A stretch of 64,000 nucleotides of DNA from Octopus sinensis (lineage: Eukaryota): positions 95,604,001 to 95,668,000 of the forward strand of contig NC_042999.1 in the NCBI RefSeq assembly GCF_006345805.1. Direction: 5' to 3'. The position numbers and the translations under genes were made by a program. Position 1 is the stretch's first letter; each line of letters begins with the position of its first letter. Positions 14,044 through 24,200 of this stretch are shown piece after piece. The notes under the pieces were generated by a model that saw nothing but the letters and a program-made list of their open reading frames with translations, had not been told where the DNA came from and did no database searches.

Positions 14044-14551
14044 TCATCATCATCATTTAACGTCCGCTTTCCATGCTAGCATGGGTTGGACGGTTCAACT
14101 GGGGTCTGGGTAGCCCGAAGGCTGCACCAGGCCAGTCAGATCTGGCAGTGTTTCTACAGCTGGATGCCCTTCCTAACGCCAACCACTCCGAGAGTGTAGT
14201 GGGTGATTTTATGTGCCACCGACACAGGTGCCAGATGAGGCTGGCGAACGGCCACGCTCGGATGGTGTTTTTTATGTGCCACCGACACAGGTGCCAGACG
14301 AGGCTGGCAGACGGCCACGCTCCGATGGTGTTTTTTATGTGCCACCGACACAGGTGCCAGATGATGCTGGCGAACGGCCACACTCGGATGGTGTTTTTTA
14401 TGTGCCACCGACACAGGTGCCAGACGAGGCTGGCAGACGGCCACGCTCGGATGGTGTTTTTTATGTGCCACCGACACAGGTGCCAGATGAGGCTGGCGAA
14501 CGGCCACGATCGGATGGTGTTTGTTACGTGCCCACAGCACGGAGGCCAGTC
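14044..14551 (-). mobile_element. Young RTE LINE 3' end with internal tandem expansion
   Basis: (CAT)n-TTAACGTCCGCTTTCCATGCTAGCATGGG..GGATGCCCTTCCTAACGCCAACC, CpG-rich. Closely matches 42871-43121. Confidence 0.85.
14207..14535. repeat. 63-bp minisatellite, 5 units plus partial, A-B-A-B-A alternation
   Basis: ATGTGCCACCGACACAGG starts at 14211, 14274, 14337, 14400 and 14463, with a variant at 14526. Confidence 0.95.
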
Positions 14552-15244
14552 GAAAAAGAAAACTGTTTGAAATTCTTTGCCAAAGTTTAGGAAGTAAACT
14601 TCAACCAGGAGAAGGAAGACCTTTTAATTAAAATGATGCTTTCCATTAAGAAGAGAAAGGTAGCTATTGTATAGGAGTTAAACAGAAACCACAATGGTTC
14701 TGTAGACAAGCAAAGTTCCAGTCAGAAAGTGAACAGCACTATGGTGCAGTAGTAAAGTGGTTTGGGGTATTAGTGCTATATGCCAATACCAGAAAAGATA
14801 GAAGACAGGTTGTAGCAAGAAGTAATAGAGAACTAGAGAATATAAAATATATGCCATGAGAATCAGAGGTATGAAGTATTTTAGATCCTAAAAAAGGGAG
14901 CTACATATGACTTTTAATGTCATTAAATATGCAATTTCCCCTCTGTGATAATGAAAAGAAAGAGATGTAGAAATGTTTCTATTATGAGAGTTTATTGAGT
15001 AAATTCATAAATTACTATGCAAGTTAATTGTATTCAGAAGCATCAGAGAAGGGTGGTTACAAAAGTTTACTTCAAACTGATAGAACAAATTTTGAAAAGA
15101 GATGGGAGATTTAGCAAAAATATTACAGGATAGAGCTAATGTAAGCAGGTTAAAATTGCATGATCATGGGACCTTTTATATAGTGATGACTTCATAGCAG
15201 TCTAGGGAGGAAATTCATTAAAAAATTACAGTTACAAACATGAA

Positions 15245-15920
15245 GTAAAGGTCCAGAGCTTAATTTAATGAAAGTCAACTTTGCAAACACTTAACCCATT
15301 AAGTTTCAGAGTACTTAAATTTCTGAATATTACTTTTAAATTTTTACAGATGATTGAAAATAGGTTAAAATGGAAAAAATAATTATTAAAACTCCTTTAC
15401 TTCAAGTAGAAATGGAAATACTCAGTGTCCTATAAATAGGACACTGAGACAACACGATATGGCTTATATGTTCTCATTTAGTGTTCTAGTTATAGGACAG
15501 TGGTACTTAATGGGTTAAGTGCTTGTTAGTAAGGAAGAACACAAAATGCCAGTTTGATACAGGAAAATGGTCTTGCTTTATTTGAGGAGATAAAGTACCT
15601 AGGAACTCATTACTGTTTACTGAATGTAAATAGTATATGTGCAATAGATGCAACAAGATCTTTCTTTGAAAGAAGGTGGGAGAAGGCAGGGGGTCATAAC
15701 TTTAAATGCTCTGGGATAAAAAATGGTTAGAAGTATGAACTTTTAATAAATAAAATTTTCAAATTTCTTTGACAGTTTGGTAGATTTAATAGCTAACTCC
15801 TGTGCTGAATATAGAAATGGGGAGTGTAGAAGTTTGAGTAAGTAAAAGATGGAAGTTTATCTGTAATGAAGTGTTTCTCACACTTTGTTAAGAGAAGACT
15901 GTATGAAGAATTTGTAATGA
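15245..15920 (+). mobile_element. Very old RTE LINE fragment interrupted by a MITE
   Basis: MKVNFANT | (K)VLVS flank the MITE. GKWSCFI..RNSLLFTECK..CNRCNK resembles the RTE Cys-rich segment. KRRLYEEFV lies near 15890. Confidence 0.5.
15295..15514. mobile_element. piggyBac-type MITE, TTAA target duplication
   Basis: TTAA(15291-94)-CCCATTAAGT ... ACTTAATGGG-TTAA(15515-18): a perfect 10-bp TIR starting CCC. Internal perfect palindrome CTCAGTGTCCTAT-AA-ATAGGACACTGAG at 15421-15448. Confidence 0.85.
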
Positions 15921-18246
15921 GACATGAACATTGAATACAGGAGATAATATTTGAATGGAGAAAATGAAAACACAAACTTGTATGAAACAAGAGGATAAGT
16001 GAGTTGACTGAGTAGCTGTTAGAAAATTAGTGGATGTATGTAGGAAAGAAAATTGTCCTTAACTGCCCTTATTAGAACACATAATGCAAATTAATATATG
16101 GTAAAGGAAGACTAAAGTATAGAAATATGGTGAGATTAGATCTCACAAGCAAAATGTTATAGTATCAAGGCAAGTTAGTAATATAATGTGCAGTTTACCT
16201 TGATATGTATGGGAAAATGGCAGTTAAGATAATTTCAATGATAATGTTTCAAAGAATTTAATGATTATTTGTATAGAATATTTATATTATTTTAGACTTC
16301 ATGAATTTACAAACTTGCATTCAAAATAAATACTCTACACTGAAATGTTATTTGTCAATGTTGACATTAACAAGGAATATACAAAGTTAAATCAAACATT
16401 AGTACAGACATCATACTTGCTAAAATTAATCCCACTTCTAAAACAAAATTTATTTTTTCTGTATCTGTTGTATTTTATTTCATTTTGTTTTATCAATTTC
16501 TTTAGTATTATGCTTTGTTTATATAAAATTTCTGGGTTTATTGTTAATTTTACAAATATACAAAATTTTAAATATGATGGTTAAAATATGACTTGATTTT
16601 AAAAAACATTTGGTTAAGAAAGCATTACAAATAGAGTTTTACTTTTTAGTCATGTCTTCTTGACAATAAGTTTTCATGAAAATTAGAGGTTGACATGTAT
16701 AAAAAATAATGTACACAAATTTTACACAAAATTCAGTTTCAGTAAAATTATTTGAGGACAATTCTAGAACTAAACAGAGTCTATGCTTATATGTTAAATC
16801 AGGTATAGATGAAAAGGCACATTATTTATAGAGCTTGATCAAAACGAGTATCCAATAGGACTTAAACCTATGTACTCATGCAATCTTACAATTCCACTTC
16901 TAAAAGTCTTATGAATTTACCTCAATAGGATCATAGCTTTGATCTTAGGAGATATATTATCCTATGAATTATTTGTTTCCTTTCATCACTTGTAAAGTTT
17001 TGATTTATTGATTCAATATGCCATCGAAATGCCCTAACTCATGATTAATGAGTCACATCTAATTTGCCTGGCCAGCTAAGCAATATATTAGTAGCCTCAT
17101 ATTTGATGTGTACATTACATGATTGAATTAAAATCTTTGCAGTCTTCCTAAAGAATGTGTTTATATTTTTAAATTAAAAGTCTCATATATCTAGAATATA
17201 TTTGAACTGTTACACAAATAAAGTCCATATTCCATTTACTTTGAATAAAGTAAAATTGGCAGATATTGAAATGAATTAGGCTATCTTCATAGCTACATTT
17301 GAATAAAATGTTTAAATATTTCAACAAAGGTAGAAATCAATTTAAATTAGGGTAAAACATACTGAGCTGCTCTTTCTAATCAACACATAAATAGGGAACA
17401 AATGTTAAATGGATAGATTGATTGCAATTCTAATCCCTTGTCTGTTTTAAAGCAAATTTATTTAAGCAATGCAGCTTATTGTGTATGAAAGCAACACTAA
17501 TTTGAGCAATTACTAATCGAGCAATGATAATGTTAATGAAGCATTGCATTCACAAAGACATCTACATCTGTAATGATAGAAGAATAATTGATCAAAGAAA
17601 AAAACATTTATACTTCTTTCCTTCTTGACATTTTCTTCATTGTAATCAAGTTGCTTATTTTTTACATGAAATTCTATGTTTATTATACATTTCTATGTCA
17701 GCATTTTAGAATTCCAGTATGCTGTCTTTGTGTTTGTTTCTTTTCTCAACAAAGGACATATTTTCAGATGAACTCTGTCATAGTGTTTAATTTTGTGCTC
17801 CTTTACAGTATGCACAATATTTATGAAAATAAAAGACAGCTGTGGAACTTGCTACTATTCTTGAAGTCACAGATTAAACACTTTACACAATAACTGTTTA
17901 CCTATATATATAAAACTGAGAATGTGTGTCTGTCTGTCTGTGTATCTATATGTGTGCATCACTAAAACTTAAGAACTACCCAACTGATTTTCTTCAAATT
18001 TTACACATGCCTTATTTTATGGTCCATGCAATGTCATACACCAAAAGAATTATCAACTTTATGCCTAATGCAAGCCAGAAGCAATCTCTTATCTCTTACA
18101 CTATTTCAGTATTATGTGTCAAAAGTAAAACAATACGATCTCTATTGTATGTGAGATAATACTTTCACTGTTAATACTGAAAGTATTAAAAGTGAAACTA
18201 TTATCTCACATATATAAATGTATATATATATATATATGTGTGCGTT

Positions 18247-18287
<41 letters not shown>

Positions 18288-18360
18288 ATGTGTGTGTGTA
18301 TATATATATATATATTACATATATGTATATATATTATACATATGCATAGATATATATATA

Positions 18361-18781
18361 TCTTTTACTCTTTTACTCGTCTCAGTCATTTGACTGTGGC
18401 CATGCTGGAGCACCACCTTTAGTCGAGTAAATCGACCCCAGGACTTATTCGTTTGTAAGCCTCCTACTTATTCTATTGGTCTCTTTTTGCTGAACTGCTA
18501 AGTTACAGGGATGTAAACCAACCAGCATCGGTTGTCAAGCGATGTTGGGGGGACAAACATGGACACACAAATATACACACACACACACACATGTACATAT
18601 ATATATATATATATTTATGATGGGCTTCTTTCAGTTTCCGTCTACCAAATCCACTCACAAGGCTTTGGTCAGCCCAAGGCTATAGTAGAAGACACTTGCC
18701 TAAGGTGCCATGCAGTGGGACTGAACCCGGAACCATGTGGTTTGTAAGCAAGCTACTTACCACACAGCCACTCCTATGCCT
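18361..18781 (-). mobile_element. tRNA-derived SINE, full length (family of 7544-7946)
   Basis: Reverse complement of the 7544 element over its whole length, embedded in (TA)n/(TG)n. Confidence 0.9.
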
Positions 18782-19059
18782 ATATTATGTATATGTATAT
18801 ATATATTATGTATATGTATATATATTTTATGTGTGTATATATATATATATATATTAGGTATGTGTATACATATGTTATGTATATATATATATATTTATTT
18901 ATGTATGTGTGTATATATATATATATGCAAGAATATTTCCTAAGTGTACCACAGGAAATAGTGCAACGATTATCATGGGTACTGACTAAGCTGAGCTATA
19001 TACCCTCACACAAGACTGCCACAATTGATGGACCCCGGTTGGCCACCACCAGCACGGAA

Positions 19060-19248
19060 GCCCCCACCATTGGTTGGCAACTGATGTTACTGTGTTTACA
19101 TCCCTGTAACTTAGCTGTTTGGCAAAACACACCGATAGAATAAGTACTAGGCTTATAAAGAATAAATCCTGGGGTCGATTTCTTCGACTAAAGGTGGTGC
19201 TCCAGCATGGTTGCAGTCACATGACGAAAACAAGTAAAACAATAAGAG
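19060..19248 (+). mobile_element. 3' half of the same tRNA-SINE
   Basis: CCGATAGAATAAGTACTAGGCTTATAAAGAATAAATCCTGGGGTCGATTT..CGACTAAAGG..CTCCAGCATGG. Confidence 0.85.
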
Positions 19249-19409
19249 AACTATGCCATTTTAATCCCGAGCAACACCAGATATCTCTGCTAGTCTTCAA
19301 TGTAAAATGTTATAGAGTTTAGAACTTTTCATTTGATTCTTTTTGAATTTTATTAAATTGGAATTTTGTTTAGAGTTTGAAATGATAAATTATTCTAAAT
19401 TATTGTATA

Positions 19410-20100
19410 TTCTACTAAAGATACTGCTATGAGTATGAGGTTATTAGCATAAAAGAGTTCCCAAATGTAGCTGGTCTTAAATTACTCTGTTATAGCTTGA
19501 AGGAGTATAATGAATAGGATAGGACTGAGAATTAATCTCAGATGCATACCATCTTCTGCTCTAAATTCATCATTGTACTTATGTCTAACTCTCACCTTAC
19601 TGACAGCACCCCTGTACATAGCTTGTATGGCTTTCATCAGCCATTTATCTACCCCTAACTTCTTCAGGGAGCACTAGAGGATGTAGCAAACATTCTCCAG
19701 ATCAATGAATGCCAAGTACACTGGATTACATTTTAACTTAAATACTTCTGTAGTTGTTTCTTTAGGGAAATGGCATTAATAGTACTTCCCCATGACGCAA
19801 AACCAAGCTGCATCTCTTCTAGTCTAAATAATCAGGCTATAACTTCCTCTGTAACTTTTATGACATGCTTCAGTAATTTTATGTCTCAGCAATTACTCCT
19901 ATCTAAGGCAGCTACTTTATCCTTGTAACAGCTGACTAGGATGCTACTACATTAGTCATTGAAAGGGTATCTTCCTTCATACCTTAATTAATTATACAGG
20001 TGGCTCAGCTGAATCCTACACTGCCAACTATTTTAAGCATCCTGATAGACCAGAGTTTTTCCCTGGCTTCATAGCCTTAATTGATTTATCCATCATACTG
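19410..20100 (-). mobile_element. RTE LINE reverse-transcriptase fragment, decayed
   Basis: The reverse complement aligns by eye to 49150-49710 (GCTATGTACAGGGGTGCTGTCAGTAAGGTGAG) and continues through ILSPILFIILLQAITE..WELFYANNLILIA (YADD region). Confidence 0.85.
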
Positions 20101-21849
20101 TTTTTGTCTTTCATGTCTCACGCCCTAAGCCTATACTAACTACTTTATCCACTCCTCTTCCCAGAAAATCAACTCTAGAATTTTCTACTAGCCTTACAAT
20201 CATCAAACTAAAACCTGTAAGCTAAACATCAACCATAATGATTTAGTTCAGGATCTGTAAAGATCATATTCACTGTCCCTTCTCTAGAGTATGATATGAA
20301 TGTTTTTTTTTTATGTCCAACCAACACTCTTCTAATTCTACTTTTTACCTACTAATAATGTTGAGGTGTCATTGGTGATAATTATATTATGATGTTGTAG
20401 TTTAAGATTTTATTCAAAACTATCATCATTTCATTTACTGTGTCATTATGCTGAGCACTGTTTAATTTGCAATCGAAAAATGTTTTTTCATTTTTATTAG
20501 TTGTCATATCTTATTGTTTTTGTCATCATTATTATTATACCAATTATCATATATATTCACTTAGTTCTATAAGTGTTGGCAGCTATGAGAGTGTTTACTT
20601 TATCTTTACAGTAATTGCTTTCTTTGATCCCATAAAAATTTACAATATGTCTACAACATCTTTTAAGGATGACAGTAAACATAGAATTATTTGTTTGTAA
20701 ATGAAAATATTTTAGCATCTATATCATTTAAGTCTGTCTCACTTTAGCTGGGTTTAAGATTCTATTTGTAACTTCACTTAACTGTGCATATCAGCTTATT
20801 GATGGTTGGAATTTGCAGTGTCAGATTAGGCTGCAGATTTAAGAGAGAAGATAGCCACATTTACTATATCATGGTGATAAACTCATCTTGGGGAAGCATT
20901 CATTAGCTTTCAGACTCATTATCATCATTAGTATTGTTAGGGGAATTAATCTTGGTTCCTCAGTCTAGTGGTTGATCTCATCTATCTAAAGTCTATATAA
21001 CCTAATAGTTTAATTATTTCCATGCAAATGAATTCGTGTTTTAGCCAAATTATTTTCTTCTTGTTTTAGCTTGGAATAAAAATTTAAACAAATTTTAAAT
21101 TTTATAGAAATTATTGGTGTAAGTTCTGTTGAATTTAAGTTCATGATAATTTTATTTCAAGTTTTGACAAGTAAGTTGTTGTGACTTCTTTGAGCATGCA
21201 CAAGTAACATCAGTGAACCAGTCCTTCAAAATTTTTCACATGAACTAACCAGCCTGCATGTTTCTCAACAGCTGCCATTGAACTTCATTTCAAAATTATT
21301 TCTGTTCAACAATACATTACAATTTACACACACACAAACTAAGTTTATCCAAATGAAATTATCACTTACAATGCTATAAAGATTTTGATTAAAGACTTCA
21401 CTCAATATTTCAGTCAGTTAATTGGGGTTTAATTAAGTCATTAAATGTTTTGTTTAAAACATCTGTTGAAATGATTGCAACAAAGTTGAGTAATTGTTTG
21501 CCCTTCAATGCCTTTAACAATGTAAGCACTCAGAACAAAAACACAATTTCTGCATATGTTCACAGAACTTATGAGCCATCCATATGTAGTAGAAGAAAAT
21601 TGGCATTAAGATGATGTTGATTATCTTCCAAATATAAATGTATGCTGAGTTTCTAATGTTGAAGTTTTTCAAATTACATTTATCATAGGTGCATAGAATT
21701 ATTATTTTATCATTTTTTAAATTTGAAATGAATGTGTTCCACTTAAAATCTACATCATTGCTACAGTTATTAATACTATAACTACTACTACTGCTTGATT
21801 ATATTTTAGGTTAGTAGTGATATATTTAATGCTTTAAACATTAAAAAAC

Positions 21850-22715
21850 TAATGCCATTTTCCATTCAACGCAAAAGTAGAAGACAGTTCCTGACATTTT
21901 TGCCTTATTCTGACCTCGTCACTGAAGCATAGATCTCACATTACTTACCAAATAGAATATGAATTTATCATTTTGCAAATATACAAGTTGTACATTTCTT
22001 GGCATAGAATAGTAGAATTCTTTGGCGATTAAATAATAGAGATGCAGGCTATGGGAAAATAAAAACTAAGTTAAGGATAATTTATTTAAAGCATTGATCA
22101 TTTGAAAATTAAAAATGCAGTGATTTAAAAAAATGAATATTAGTTTTTATCTAGTATCATTTGCATTTTCCTATCAGATATAGGAAACCACACTGGAGCC
22201 ATTTAATCTGTCAAGAATTTTATTTTCATAAGTTTATCCAAATGAAATTACTTAGTGATTCAGTCCTCATATTTTCAGCAACTTCAAGGAGGGTTATGTT
22301 TTGCTGATGAGGTTGAATTTATTCTGAGGTATAGTTCAAGGTAACTTAGTGGTGATTTGTGTTGCTAAAAATTATATAGTGAAATTTGTGAGTTTGGTAG
22401 AAAGAAATAATCCTTTGGCACAACATTTTGAGGATTACCAAACTGGTTTACTTAACTGATATTTTTTGGCATTCTTAATGATTTAAACATGAAACTTCAA
22501 AGAAAAAGTAGCAATACTGAGTAAAAAGGTTATTCTATTATTATTTCCTTTTGCAACTGCTTACTTATGTGAACTGGGATTTTCGACATTAACTCAATCA
22601 AAGATGAAGGACACAAGCAAGCTCAACACTGCGCTTGATATGCATATAATATTGTCTTCTGTTCCCAACTGGAATCAGGTGCTTATGAACAAACAAGAAC
22701 ATCAATCTCATTAAA
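21850..22715 (+). mobile_element. hAT (Charlie/Buster, ZBED5-like) transposase remnant, internally deleted
   Basis: PFSIQ; KLVYLTDIF..ILNDLNMKLQRK; LLLFPFATAYLCELGFSTLTQSKMKDTSKLNTALDMHI; PNWNQVLMNKQEHQSH*. These match the Buster C-terminal signature PF.TTYLCE.GFS..KQ.H.SH. Confidence 0.85.
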
Positions 22716-23399
22716 TGAATTTGCCAAATATCATTTACTTTACCTTATGTTGGAATTTCTTTTAAATTTATTTTTCTAAAAATAATATTTTTACATTCAT
22801 ACAGATAGAAAAATACAATTCATTGTGTGCGGAATATAAGAAATATGCATATAAATTGTCAATGCTAAATAAATGAACCTGGTGAATAGAGTTTGTCTTT
22901 GATTTATTACATGTAGGTATAACAGATTGCAATGCAAAATGTGGTTCTTGCTGTGGTTGCAACAAAAACAGTTTGAAAAATGCTGGGCTAGACTATATTA
23001 GGAAAACTTGAGAAATAAAAGTAGTTCGTCTGAAAGAACCTCTGAAGTACTGTATATTTAATGTTTAATTTGGAGTGTAAAGTACTTAACAACTGCACTT
23101 TGGAAAATTGTCAGTCTTATAGATGAAGTCTCTGTATGATGCATACTTTCAAATCTGTAGTAAATGCATTAACTGGAACTTGAATCATGTTGGTGTATTA
23201 CTACAAGTCTAACTTTTAGACATAACTGCTTTTCTTCTGTCATTATGGTTTTTCAATTTTCTTCACTAATATTTATGATTGTTGAGAGAAGCATAGCATT
23301 AGCTAGAAAAGAAATAAGAAAATAGATTGCAAGTGAACCAATATAAATCTTTTCCCCATAGTTATTAACTACAAATGAGAAATACGTCTATATTTCAGT

Positions 23400-23745
23400 T
23401 AGACTCGGTAGAAATAGTAGTCAAATCTCCATCACACTATGCTCTACTGTCTAATTTATGCATGCTTGAGTCAATAAAGTAAACCTGTATATAGTAGCTA
23501 AACCTGAATGAAATAGCAGTCATCTCCTTAAAGCCACTCTTCATTGATTCATGTATGCATATATGTATGTATAGAGCAACAAGAAAGAACACTATGTTGT
23601 TTGATTGATCTGCTAGAAATAGTGACCAAATCATCCTCTAATTATGTTTTGTTGTTTTATGTATGTCTATACATATGTGTGGAAGAAGATTTTACATGTT
23701 ATTTTAACCTGCTAGAAATAGTAATCAGATCCCCTTCAATCCCTT
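23400..23745. repeat. Degenerate ~100-bp tandem array, 4 units
   Basis: Core (CTGCTA)GAAATAG..CAAATC.CC, with GAAATAG at 23411, 23510, 23616 and 23715 (spacing 99, 106, 99). Confidence 0.7.
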
Positions 23746-23799
23746 GCTGTCTCATGTATGTATGAGCCAACAAGACTATCATTAAATGGTTGCTAATTT

Positions 23800-24200
23800 C
23801 TGTCAAGCAATAACCTGGATCTTCCAAAACTTTGTGATAGCATAGAAGTCACAATCTAAAACATGATAACCATGTCTTGGTTGTCACAATCATTTTGAGA
23901 AAATTTTCTGAATACAAGTTTTTTTTGTTTTAGAATACCTCTGAAGCCCACTGATTTGCTACTTGTACATAAAAGGCTTCAGTTTTTTTGCTTTTTTAGT
24001 CGGACTCTGTTTCACATGACCTACAACACACCTCAAGGGTAAATAACAAAAGATTTTGGGCTGGATCTAGTGGATAAACTGGCCTTGGTGAAAGCTCACT
24101 TTTCACAAGATCAGCTTCATCTTGGTATTTCAAAAACTGGAAAGCCTGGTGTTCTCTACCACAGTATCACAGGACAAAATTAAGACTATTGTTCACCTTA
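23800..24200 (+). mobile_element. Helitron RepHel PIF1-type helicase C-terminal fragment (pseudogenised)
   Basis: NLDLPKLC; RIPLKPTDL..KRLQF; FHMTYNTPQG*ITKDFGLDL; FSQDQLHLGISKTGKP. These correspond to NL.PPKLCNGTR, PRIP..RLQFP, FAMTINKSQGQ and FSHGQLYVA.SR. Confidence 0.8.

Larger units (their letters stand above)
17901..19293 (+). mobile_element. Non-autonomous Helitron-like element carrying nested SINEs and microsatellites
   Basis: 5' A|CCTATATATATAAAACTGAG (canonical TC mutated) followed by (TGTC)n. 3' AATCCCGAGCAACACCAGATATCTCTG-CTAG|T matches the 3' end at 36058-36088. Confidence 0.6.

Noticed and set aside
14207-14535. CRISPR-like array or repeat protein (four open frames)
   Set aside because: Units are near-identical end to end with no unique spacers and no cas genes. 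The open frames follow from the 63-bp period inside a LINE 3' UTR.
22300-22345. Other CTGATGA hits (also about 27730, 38161 and 60598) as hammerheads
   Set aside because: No stem II, GAAA, NUH and stem I arrangement follows.
24000-24038. Micro-exon between TTTTTTAG and GTAAAT
   Set aside because: It lies within the Helitron helicase remnant and is better explained as decayed RLCFAMTINKSQG coding sequence.
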